64,000 nt of DNA, taken from assembly GCA_043228905.1 (NCBI GenBank), contig JBHGNT010000009.1, positions 6,510,001-6,574,000 of the forward strand, in the 5' to 3' direction. Positions 51,273 through 62,295 of this stretch are shown piece after piece. The position numbers and the translations under genes were made by a program. The first letter of the stretch is position 1. Every line of letters begins with the position of its first letter. Origin of the DNA: Azolla caroliniana (lineage: Eukaryota; Plantae; Polypodiophyta). The notes below the pieces were generated by a model. The model did not search any database. It was given only the letters and a program-made list of their open reading frames with translations, and was not told where the DNA came from.

Positions 51273-52675
51273 TGTCGCGAAAATACGACAAGGATACGTG
51301 AACTTGAGGTAGGACCCCAGGGCCTCCGACCAAAGGATATCAAATTCGTATGTTTATATTAAACAATTAATGGAAATGAGAAAGATTGACAAATTTCATT
51401 AACAAAGGGAAAGAAAGATTACAATCTATCCCAAGATTGGGATTACAAAAGTTTAAGCTTACGAAGATTAATAGAATAATAGATTAGAAGAAACAGAGAT
51501 ATGGATTCGATAGGAAAAATTAGGATTTCCTTCTCTAAGATAATTAGGCTTAGCATTTTTTCCCCAAGGAATGGGAGAGAGAAGAAGAGAATGGGCCCAA
51601 AAAAACGAAAAAGAAGAAGAAACTAGAGAAAAAAAAGTGGTACATATATCGAGTTCCCTCTTGATCATCGCCTCCCATGTTCCTTTGCATGCATCCCCTT
51701 TTTGTTGCATGGCCTTTATTTTTAGTTGCATGGCCTCCTTTTTTAGTTGCTTGGCCTTTATTTTTAGTTGCTTGGCCTTTTACTTTTAGTTGCATGGTCT
51801 CTACCTTTAGTTGCATGCCTTCCACATGACCTTTCCTTTATGCATGGCCTCCCTCTTTTCTTTTCATGCCTTTCCCATGACCTTTACTTTATTTTACTTT
51901 AATTTTTCGCATGATCCTATCATCCATCCATCTCGACCGTCATCCATCCGATTCGTTCGGTCCGCGTTCGGTTTTCATTCTGGCACTGTTCGATTGTTGG
52001 TTCTGTCCTGTTGCTGATTGTCGTCTCCGTCCGATTGTCGGTTGCCGGTTCCGTCGTCATCCGGTTCTAGTTCCCAACTTCATCGCCGGCTCTGTCCGGT
52101 TTCTAGTCCGTCGTCGTCCGGTCGCTGGTTTTGTCTGGTTGCCGATTGTCGGTTTTGTTCGATTGGTTGCTTGTTGCCAGTTCCGTCGTCATCCGGTTCC
52201 AATTCCCAACTTCATCACCGGCTCTATCCAGTTTCCAATTTCCAGTTTCCGGCTCCATCCGGTTTTCGGTTCCCAGTTTTGTTGCCAGTTCTATCCAGTC
52301 ATCAGCTCCATCCGGTTTCTAGTTCCCGGTTTTGTTGCCGGTTCCTTAGCCACATTTGTCCATGTAAACAAATTGGTCCAAGTCCAACCATTCCTTTTGT
52401 GCTCTCAACACATAGATAAAAACTAATAGTTCTCAATCTGCTTATATAGATGGATCCTAAAGTTTCCTATCTATGTGGGATATTTCATAATTCTATTTTC
52501 GTTATCTTCTAAAACTTCATAGTCACATAACTTAATACTTATTTATCCGTTTTATGTGTAGTAAAATGTGTTATGAAGCTCTTGAAGACATCTATCTTTC
52601 TATATCAAGCCACCAATGTAATCTAAAATAATTATTTCATTATTTTTTACATAGTGTGTAAAGAATCACACGACA
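51273..52675 (-). repeat. 3' LTR of Gypsy-G
   Basis: Direct repeat of 60322-61745 with internal 21-bp tandem units (ttttagttgcatggcct...) and CCGGTT-rich units. Confidence 0.93.
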
Positions 52676-52739
52676 TTCGCCCCCACCAAACCTGCACATC
52701 CACCGGTATGTGCCAATTTTGGTGAGGCTCCACTTCTGA

Positions 52740-55700
52740 TTACTTTACTTTTTCATCGATGCCCAAGATAGAATCGTCGAAAGCTTCGAATCCGATTTCT
52801 ATTCTATCTCTTCTCTTGAAGATCTTGATTCTTTTCCCAGTAATTGGCAAGGTAAGTGGTGTACCATCCAGTTCTACTAAACAATATGTTGCGTTATCTT
52901 CCACTTTCTTCACCACATGGTCCAAACCATCGTTGTGAAAATTTTCGAGCCAATCTCCTTCAACGATTGTCTAGGCTATTGTCATAGACCAGCACCCAAT
53001 CTCCTTCAACGATTTTCCTCAGACGATGTCGATGTCGTTTTTCGAAGTCTTTCTTGTTCTTCAACCTTGCATTTTTGAGCCGCTCTTTAGCCTCATCTAT
53101 ATCTTCCAACTTCCGCTCTAACTGTCGAATCCTCAATGCTAGAAGATCTTCTCTACTTATCTCATCTTGCCATGGCAATGCAAACCATGAAACAATACTT
53201 TGTTCTACTGGCATTATCGGCTTTTGTCCGAATATGATCTCTGTCGGCATGTATCCTGTCACCGTACTGTGAGTAGTCCTATCAGCCCATAGTGCAAATG
53301 GCAATAGTCGCGGGCATTCTCCTATTTTCCCATTGCAAGCTTTCACTAGAGCCTTTACAATCGGTCCATGTCCACATTCCACTTTCCCATTCGGTTCCGG
53401 ATTATACGTCGTGGTAAGAGATAATTTGATTCCCATCCTCGAGAAAAATTCTCTAGCTTCATTGGCGTCTAGCTCGCCTCTATCAGCCACTATCTTGCCG
53501 ATGCATCCATATCTGCAAATAACATCTTCAAGAAGGAATCTGCATATTAATGATGTCTCCTTAGTTCTCAATGCTCGCCCTTCAACTTGATTGGTAAGAT
53601 CCTCTCTCGCAAGCACAAGATACTTCATCTACCATCGCTCCATTGGCATCATTACAATGTCCACCATCCACTTGTAATGCATAGCCAACGGGTAAGTCAG
53701 ATGAAGTTCATCTCGATGGCGAACATTCGAAAACATCTGACATTCCTTACATGTTTCCACATAAGCTGCTACCTCTTTGTAGATGCCCGACCACCAATAT
53801 TTCTCCTTAAGCTTCGCGAACATAGCCCATATTCCTCAATGGCCTGCAAAAACACTATCATGAAATTCGGACATTAGTTTTCGTCATTCCTCTAGCTTGC
53901 AGACAACTCTCATCGGAGTCCCATTCTTCTTTTTTGCATGCCTCCAAAGAGCTCCATCCTTAAAGAAATACTTGTACGCCTTCTTCCGAATTCGGTGGAA
54001 GTCTTCCATTGATCATGATTCATCTTTTTGGAGAGAACTCAAGTATTTCCCGATCTCCACGAATTCACCTTCGTAGTCCTCTTCTATGAAAGTAGTTAGC
54101 ACCCGAGCGTAGGAACTTGTAAAGAAATCCAAGCCAACATCCTCTTCATCAGAATGTCGATCTTCCTCTCCATCGTATCTTGCTCGTGATAACATGTCTA
54201 CAACGACATTACACTTCCCAGCTACATGACGGATCTCCAGGTTGAGTGATTTGATATATGCAATCCAACGCTACATGGCAATATCTGGTGTATTACAACT
54301 AGATATCATACCTAAAATTGGCAGGCTATCTATCTCAATCATGACTTCTGCGCCAATAAGGTAGTCACGATCAGACTTGATCACCGAAACGATTCTCCAT
54401 AGCTCCCTCTTCACTTGGGCACACCTTCTTTGCCTATCACTTAACACTTTCGCGCCAAACCGAATTGCATATTGGTTGCAATCTTTGTCTTCTTGGTTGA
54501 TAACCCATCTGATTCCGATTGGACTAGTATCCACAGTCACGAAAATGGGCTTCCTATCTGAATAGTCTGCCTTCCGTAATGCAGGTGCCTCCATCAATAA
54601 TTTCTTCAGCCTTCGGATGGCGATAGTATGCTCGCTCGTCCATTCGAACCGTCGCTTTTTCTTTAGTAGACCGTATAATTGCTCAACAATGTGAGCGTAG
54701 TGTGGAATCCAAATATGATAAAACGTGTATGCTCCAAGGAACCTTTGAACCTCCATTTGGGTTACACATTCTTCTTTCATGTCCTGGATCACATTCACCT
54801 GGGATGGCAAAGGCTTCTGACCATATGCTCCACACAAGTGGCCTACCACAAAGATCTCTGGTTGCCCGAATGCATATTTTTCTCCCAAAAATGTCAAATT
54901 CGCATCTTCGAGCCTTTGGAGCACCTTCTCGCAATCTTTCATATGATCCACGACGAACTTTCTTCATCCATCCTTATCTTTCGATTCACCTGAACATCCT
55001 TTTATCGGAATGTCATCCAAGAATGGCATCGTGATGCCTGGGATGCAATCCTTCAAGACCTTGTTCATGGCATTTACCATATGAGCCACCGAATTCGTTG
55101 CACCTTGAGGTAAGGTACACATCCGCACCAACCCGATCGGTGTCCGCATTGTTGTTATGTCTCTACTATCGACAACCAACTGAAACTGGTCATAGCCCGA
55201 GTAGAGATCACCAATGGAATAGATCGATCTTCCCGTGAAGGCTTCGGCAAATTCATCCACGCTTGGACCAATTCCAGAATTTCGGATTGTCACCTTGTTG
55301 ACAGGTTGGAGATCTTGGATGAATCGCAACGATCCATTCTTCTTCGGCACTGTGAACCACCTATTAGAATAGGGAGCGTTCGACGGTTCCAAAATTCCCA
55401 TATTCACCTTCTCCTTTAAGAGCTCGATCAGCTTCGGTAGGTGTGCTCTCGGAACCGGTATCGGTTTCAAATTCCAAGGCACATGCAGCACCGTGAAGAT
55501 CGCCATCGATTCTACCGTCCTTGGATTAGCACATCCGATTTCTTGTGGGACAAAATGTGAAAGCCTTCCCATGTCTTTCAAGCATTCTGCGGAACATTCT
55601 CTCCTCTTCAGGAAAGAGGAAATCCTCCCTTCCAACTTGTAGCTTTCCCTTCGTCTCTTCAGTGAAGACGTGACCAATGGTATTTGGATTCCTTAAGCTT

Positions 55701-56700
55701 GGATCTTTTGCAACTTCCTTCATCTTTTGCCAGCTCTCTTCCGGTAGCGGTACTGCAACTGGCTTGATCTTCCTATCCATGTTTTTATATTTTGTGTTGA
55801 CTTCGGTTTCCTCCATCAAGATGCCTCAATGATATTCATCGATGATAACGTACATGTTGATGGATTTAACCGAAATCACATGTTGATAGTGAGGATAGCT
55901 CAAGTCCACAACTTCCTGGATTTCGCTGATGGTGTCGTTAAATGAGGCTTCCTCCAGAATATGAGACACGAATTCTTCTTCTTCGATTATGATTTCTTCT
56001 TTCAGCACCTCCTTGAAGTCTTGTATCCAACACTTGCCCTTCTTGTTGAGTAGTCTTAGTTTGCATGCACCGCTAGGTGTGACACATGTTGCTTCTCCTT
56101 GCAATCCACGCACTCTACTTCCTTGTGGGGACTTATGATTGATCGGACTATTTGTGCCCCATGCTTCAATAGTCCGCTTTAAAAATCCAAGGATTCGCCT
56201 CCAAGGCTATCTCGGTTCCTTTCATGATTAGCTCGCACCGTTAGGAATTGAACAGATCTTTTACTATCAAGACTCTTCACGCGCGCGAAGGCTGCTCTGT
56301 TATGAAACACCTTGGTCTCCATCCGGGACGATGTTATATACGGTTGTCCTAGGATGACAGGATGCGAAGCCGAGTCTTGCACGAAGAAGTGTTGATCAAT
56401 CTCCACATCCCCGATCGTGACTTTAACATTGGGGCAATCTTCGTACAAGTCCTCCGTAGTCTTCGTCGTCGCTCAAATCTTCCATCCGTGGTTTGTATTA
56501 ATCGGCCATCTTCCTTTCTTGTAGAACTCGGTCGACATGAGGTTGATCTCCGAGCCATGGTCAATCAAGGCTACCACGGTCTCTTTCTTCTCCCTGATCT
56601 TCACCGGCGTCTCCGTTGTCGCTCTTGCCCAATGAAGTTGAGAGTAAAGGCTATCCGCCACCACTTCTTCTTCCTCCTCCTCCTCTTCTGATCTTGCCAT
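52740..56700 (-). pseudogene. Gypsy-G pol remnant
   Basis: ALIDHGSEINLM protease; YSNRWFTVPKKNGSLRFIQDL, DLYSGYDQF, LPQGATNS, FLDD RT; VTVDTSP RNase H; YNPEPNGKVE integrase; stops and frameshifts. Confidence 0.9.
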
Positions 56701-56746
56701 ATTTATGGCACTTGTTTTTACCTCGTCTTCATCATATTGTTGCTGC

Positions 56747-58656
56747 TATCACAGATACACCAAGCGCGGACTAAGACGGAGCACGGATGATGAGGCTACG
56801 ACGGAGCGATGACGGAATGACACAAGAGCATAAAGATAGATATGAAGATTAAGGAGAGAAGATGGGCGAGACGAGAACACTAGATTGATATGTCCATGAC
56901 TGGCGTTGTTCACCTTGAATTCACTCAACTATTTATACTAAGTGGCATGCATACCTGTTGCACGCATGTGATACAATAGAGCATGTAGGCAGTAGGTACG
57001 AATGCATGTGCCAAGTGTTAATAATACAAGGGAGAAATTATGCACATGATCCTAGCTAAAACCTACAATGAGGAAGTATATACATGATTATATGCTAGAT
57101 GTGTGGTTAACACATAACACTCGATTATAACATGGTCATGTCAAGAGTTCGTATCTTGACATTATCCCCCCTCCAACAATGCCTTCCCAAATCGTTTGTC
57201 GACTTAAGGGGATATTGTTGATGAAAATCTTAGATCACCTCCAAAGTATTTTGTAAATCCTAGACAAGGAGTAACCCTTCCACAAGACGAGGTATTTAAC
57301 ACCAACGGGCATGAGCGACCATGTGTGGTCCTCGCCTAGAACTGGAACACAATTATCAACGGGTGTGAGCGACCATGTGCAGTCCTCACGGGGAGCATGA
57401 ACACCAAGGGGCATGAGTAACCATGTGTGGTCCTTGCCGGGAACTAGAACGGTCCTCGCTGAGAGTTGGAACACGAACAGCAACGGGCGTGAGCAACCAT
57501 GTTGTCCTCACCGAGAAATGGAACACGAACAAGTGAGCAACCATGTGGCCCTCACCGGGAACAGGAACACGAATGGGAGTAATCAACCATGTGTGGTCCT
57601 CACCGAGATCTGGAACACGAACAATAGTCGGAGTGAGCGGCCATGTGCGGTGCTCACCGGAGACTGGAACAGGAACGAGAGTGAGCGACCATGCAGCCCT
57701 CACTGGGAACAGGAACATGAACGGGAGTGAGCGGCCATGTGCGGCTCTCACCGGGAACAAGAACACGAATAGGAGTGAGCGACCATGCGGCCCTCACCGG
57801 GAACAGGAACACGAACGTGTGTGAGCGACCATGTGGCCCTCACTGGGAACTGGAACATGAACGGGCGTGACCGACCATGCGGCCCTCACCGGGAACTGGA
57901 ACATGAACACCAACGGGAGTGAGCGGCCTTGTGCGGATCTCACCGGGAACTAGAACATGAACACCAACGAGAGTGAGCGGCCTTGTGCAACCCTCATCGG
58001 GAACTGGAACACGAACACCAACAGGAGTGAGCGGCCTTGTGCGGCCCTCATCGGGAACTAGAACATGAACACGAACGGGAAAGAAACTAAAAAATAGAGA
58101 CAATGATGAGGAGAAACTAAAAAATAGAGACAATGAAGCGATGTTGATGATGGTACGGTGACGATGGTAACTCTAGAAGCAAGGGCGATGACGGAGACGG
58201 GTGATGCTTCTAGTTGGAAGGTGAACAAACTGTCACAGACACACCAAGCACGGACTAAGACGGAGCACGGATGATGAGGCTACGACGGAGCGATGACGGA
58301 ATGACACAAGAGCATAAAGATAGAGATGAAGATTAAGGAGAGAAGATGGGCGAAACGAGAACACTAGATTGATATGTCCATGACTGGCGTTGTTCACCTT
58401 GAATTCCTTCAAGGTGAACTCAACTATTTATACTAAGTGGCATGCATACCTGTTGCACGCATGTGATACAATTGAGCATGTAGGCAGTAGGTACGCATGC
58501 ATGTGCCAAGTGTTAATAATACAAGGGAGAAATTATGCACATGATCCTAGCTAAAACCTACAATGAGGAAGTATATACATGATTATATGCTAAATGTGTG
58601 GTTAACACATAACACTCGATTATAACATGGTCATGTCAAGAGTTCGAATCTTGACA
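56747..58656 (-). mobile_element. Non-autonomous LTR retroelement (TRIM/LARD-like, chromovirus-derived), 1.91 kb
   Basis: LTRs 56747-57161 and 58231-58656 (~9 substitutions, 11-bp indel), TSD GCTGC (56742-56746 / 58657-58661), PPT 57162-57174. No gag or pol. Confidence 0.94.
57301..58080. repeat. Internal tandem array, ~15 units of ~43-60 bp
   Basis: Consensus GGGAGTGAGCGGCC(A/T)TGTGCGGCCCTCACCGGGAACTGGAACACGAAC(ACCAAC). Confidence 0.9.
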
Positions 58657-58659
58657 GCT

Positions 58660-60270
58660 GCTTCTACTTAATAAGGTCCACGATAGTGTCATGGAACTCC
58701 TTCTTCGCAATCCTCTCAAAGTAAGGTCGACATGACTGTCTAAAACCTTCTCCTCAAGGACCTTCCATAAATCAATTGTTTGTTCTACGTCCGACCTTAG
58801 CTTGTAAGTCGGTGCCGCTCATTCTTTTCCTTTCTTCATTGATTCTTTGACTTCCATTCGAGCAAGTTGGCTTGATCCATCGAGCTTCATGCTTGTTTCT
58901 CCAACCTCTTTTCATGGCATAGGTGGGACTTTCCCTTCTTTCCCTTTGTTCCTCGTGTTGGGACACTTTGATGTGCCATCGTCTTCACCAGTTCTTTTCC
59001 TCTTCTCTTCAACAAGAGCTTCATAGTTGTTGCACACTACCTCCGCAAAGCTTGTGTTATCATCGACTGGATCTAACCAACCGGTAACTCGTCGCACATT
59101 CCGATCAGAAAGTTTTAAATCCTCTGAATCGATTTTGCCTTTTCTCTCTCACTCGAAGACCATCGGCTAAAACCCAGCTTCTGGCTTGATTGTCTTTAGA
59201 TTCTCTTTTCCAACTCGTATCCCGGCCGATGCGGCATAATGCAGTGCTTCCACATGCCTTGCATCTTCCTCTTCTACAATCTTTTATAGCCCGCCTCTTC
59301 CAAAGTTCACTCGTAGTGGCTTCCGGGTCTCGCTCGAATGGATCATGTTGCCATCCAAATAGACAACATTCTTGCGAATCGCGTCTTGCAAGTCAGCACA
59401 TTCCCTTAGTGAGTGCTCGAAGTTGTCGCAACACACATCTATACGCTTCTTTTCCCTTGGGCCCGCGTCGACCTAAGTTGGCCAGCGATACTGCTTCAAA
59501 TTTCCTAGAGAGCTCTTCGATTATAGAGTCCTCCATCGCTTTCTTGTCGAAATTGTTGGTTGGCTTGTTAGGCCCAACCGTCACAGGTGCCTTCCTCCTC
59601 CATGTTTGTAGATTCTCCATATCAGTTTCCTCTTGCCATTGTCGAGGCTTATTAAGACGGCTACAAGCCTTCGTCACCGTCATCCAGTACGCTACCAAGC
59701 CATTTGGTTGCGTTTCGTCCTCCAAAAAACAACCCAATTCTCGCCGGTCTTTTGTATCCACTGCCTTCAGGAATAGCAGGACTTTATCTCCATTGAGAAC
59801 TCGTTGATCAACACTCGGAAGTCAGTTGTACTTCTGGTTGAATTCCGCATATACTCCAGATGCACACAGATTCGTTCCTTTCTTCTCGATCCAAATCATT
59901 AGCGTATGCCGGGTCATCCGTGATGCGTCTTCAAGCATGTATTCAGCAAGAAGCCCCTTCTCAAACTCCGCCCAAGTTACGTGCTCGTTTTGGATCTCTA
60001 TGACACGCTCGCGGATTCCTAGTTCCACCACACGCTTGAAACTAGAAATTTGTTTCAAACCATGGACATCCTTCTGTTGCATCTCGTTCTGATAGGTAGC
60101 AAGAAAATCCGTGATATTCTTGCCACCAAATCGTCCAAATATCTCCATCGTTCGATCAACAGCTTTGTCGATTAAAGCCTCTCGATCTCTCGCCTTCAAC
60201 ATGTATTCCACAATGGACACCATGCCTTTCGTTAATTCCTCTCCTTGAGTTCCGCTTGTTGAAGCCATCA
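58660..60270 (-). pseudogene. Gypsy-G gag remnant
   Basis: MMASTSG...FGRFGGKNITDFL...TWAEFEKGLLAEY; decayed Cys/His knuckle near 59420; located between the PBS and the protease. Confidence 0.75.
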
Positions 60271-60299
60271 TCGCACTTGATATCCTCTTGCTGCCTCGT

Positions 60300-60317
60300 T
60301 TCACGTCGGGTTCACCA
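60300..60317 (-). promoter_or_regulatory. PBS complementary to tRNA-Trp
   Basis: Plus strand TTCACGTCGGGTTCACCA matches the 3' end of plant cytosolic tRNA-Trp as I recall it; 4 nt from the LTR. Confidence 0.85.
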
Positions 60318-60321
60318 AAGA

Positions 60322-61745
60322 TGTCGCGAAAATACAACATGGATACGTGAACTTGAGGCAGGACCTCGGGGCCTCCGACCAGAGGATATCAAATTCGTAT
60401 GTTTATATTAAACAATTAATGGAAATGAGAAAGATTGACAAATTTCATTAACAAAGGGAAAGAAAGATTACAATCTATCCCAAGATTGGGATTACAAAAG
60501 TTTAAGCTTACGGAGATTAATAGAATAATAGATTAGAAGAAACAGAGATATGGATTCGATAGGAAAAATTAGGATTTCCTTCTCTAAGATAATTAGACTT
60601 AGCGTTTTTTTCCCAAGGAATGGGAGAGAGAAGAAGAGAATGCCCCCCCCCCCCCCCAAAAAAAAAAACTAGAGAAAAAAAGTGGTACATATATTGAGTT
60701 GCCTCTTGATCATCGCCTCCCATGTTCCTTTGCATGTGTCCCCTTTTTGTTGCATGGCCTCCATTTTTAGTTGTGCGGCCTTTATTTTTAGTTGCATGGC
60801 CTCCTTTTTTAGTTGCTTGGCCTTTTACTTTTAGTTGCATGGCCTCCTTTTTTAGTTGCTTCATCTTTACTTTTAGTTGCATGCTTTCTACATGATCTTT
60901 CCTTTATGCATGGCCTCCCTCTTTTCTTTTCATGCCTTTCCCATGACCTTTACTTTATTTTACTTTAATTCGTCGCATGATCCTATCATCCGTCCATCTC
61001 GACCGTCGCCCATCCGATCCATCCAGTCCGCGTCTGGTTTCCATTCCGTCACCGTTCAGTTGTCGATTCTGTCCGGTTGCCGATTACCGGCTCCGTCCGA
61101 TTACCGGTTGCCGGCTCCCTCCGATTGGTCGCCGGTTGTCGGTTCCGTCGTCATCCGGTTCCGGTTCCCAACTTCATCGCTGGCTCCGTCTGGTTTCTAG
61201 TCCGTCGTTGTTCGATCGCCGATTTTGTCTGGTTGCCGATTGCCGGTTCCGTCGTCATCTGGTTCCAATTCCCAACTTCATCACCGACTCCGTCCGGTTT
61301 CCCGTTTTCAGTTTCCGGCTCCATCCGATTTCCGGTTCCCAGTTTTGTTGTCGGTTCTATCCAGTCGCCAACTCCATCTGGTTTCCGGTTCCCGGTTTTG
61401 TTGTCAGTGCCTTAGCCACATTTGTCCATGTAGACAAATTGGTCCAAGTCCAACCATTCCTTTTGTGCTCTCAACCCATAGATAAAAACTAATAGTTCTC
61501 AATCTACTTATATAAATGGATCCTAAAGTTTCCTATCTATGTATGTGGGATATTTCATAATTCTATTTTCGTTATCTTCTAAAACTTCATATTCACATAA
61601 CTTAATACTTATTTATCCATTTTATGTGTAGTAAAATGCATTATGAAGCTCTTGAAGACATCTATCTTTCTATATCAAGCCACCAATGTAATCTAAAATA
61701 ATTATTTCATTATTTTTTACATAGTGTGTGAAGAATCACATGAGA
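60322..61745 (-). repeat. 5' LTR of Gypsy-G
   Basis: Direct repeat of 51273-52675; terminal cgaca mutated to tgaga. Confidence 0.92.
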
Positions 61746-62295
61746 CCGGATGGGATTCGGATGAGATCGGGAGGAGCCGAAGGAAGGAACCGGAATGGAT
61801 GCAACAATTAGAACGGACCGGAAGATATCCTGATGGATACGGTGTGAACCAGATCCAAGGACATATCTACAAATATGTTTCTAGTGTGCTTGTAAAGGCT
61901 ATATTTGTAAATAGTCTTAAAGTATATTAGTATAAATATGACTTAGGGCAATCACTTTGATGTGTGAGTGTTGTTGTTGTTGTTGTTGTTGTTAGTTGTA
62001 TCATAGTAGTACAGAGAGAGAGAGAAGTGAAGCCATTAGTTTTGCGAAGATACAGAGCTCGAGGTCATTGCCTCTGAGTCTCCTGTTGTACCTCCTTTCT
62101 CGTATAGTGATAGTTGGAGTCTATGGGCTCCCGTGGTTTTTCTCTATTAGGGCTTTCCACGTAAACATCTTGCGTGGTCTCTTCTGTGTAAGTGTACGAA
62201 CCTCCATTTCTATTTTGTTCTTTCATAAAGTGAATTGAGTCTCGATTGTGGTCAAGCGTTATTCCACACAAACTGGTATCAGAGCAAATAAGAAA

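Larger units (their letters stand above)
51273..61745 (-). mobile_element. Full-length decayed Ty3/Gypsy element G with 1.4-kb LTRs
   Basis: LTRs 51273-52675 and 60322-61745, 4-bp TSD CCGG (51269-51272 / 61746-61749), PPT 52676-52687, PBS tRNA-Trp. Confidence 0.94.

Noticed and set aside
51468-52426. Repetitive ORFs in the Gypsy-G LTRs (also 60517-61492)
   Set aside because: They arise from 21-bp and CCGGTT-rich tandem units lacking stops; no protein features.
57301-58080. Hairpin-containing repeats with variable linkers, superficially CRISPR-like
   Set aside because: The linkers are homologous to each other rather than unique spacers, there are no cas genes, and the array is inside a eukaryotic LTR element.
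60300-60317. tRNA-Trp gene
   Set aside because: Only the 3' 18 nt including CCA are present, adjacent to an LTR, so it is a PBS.
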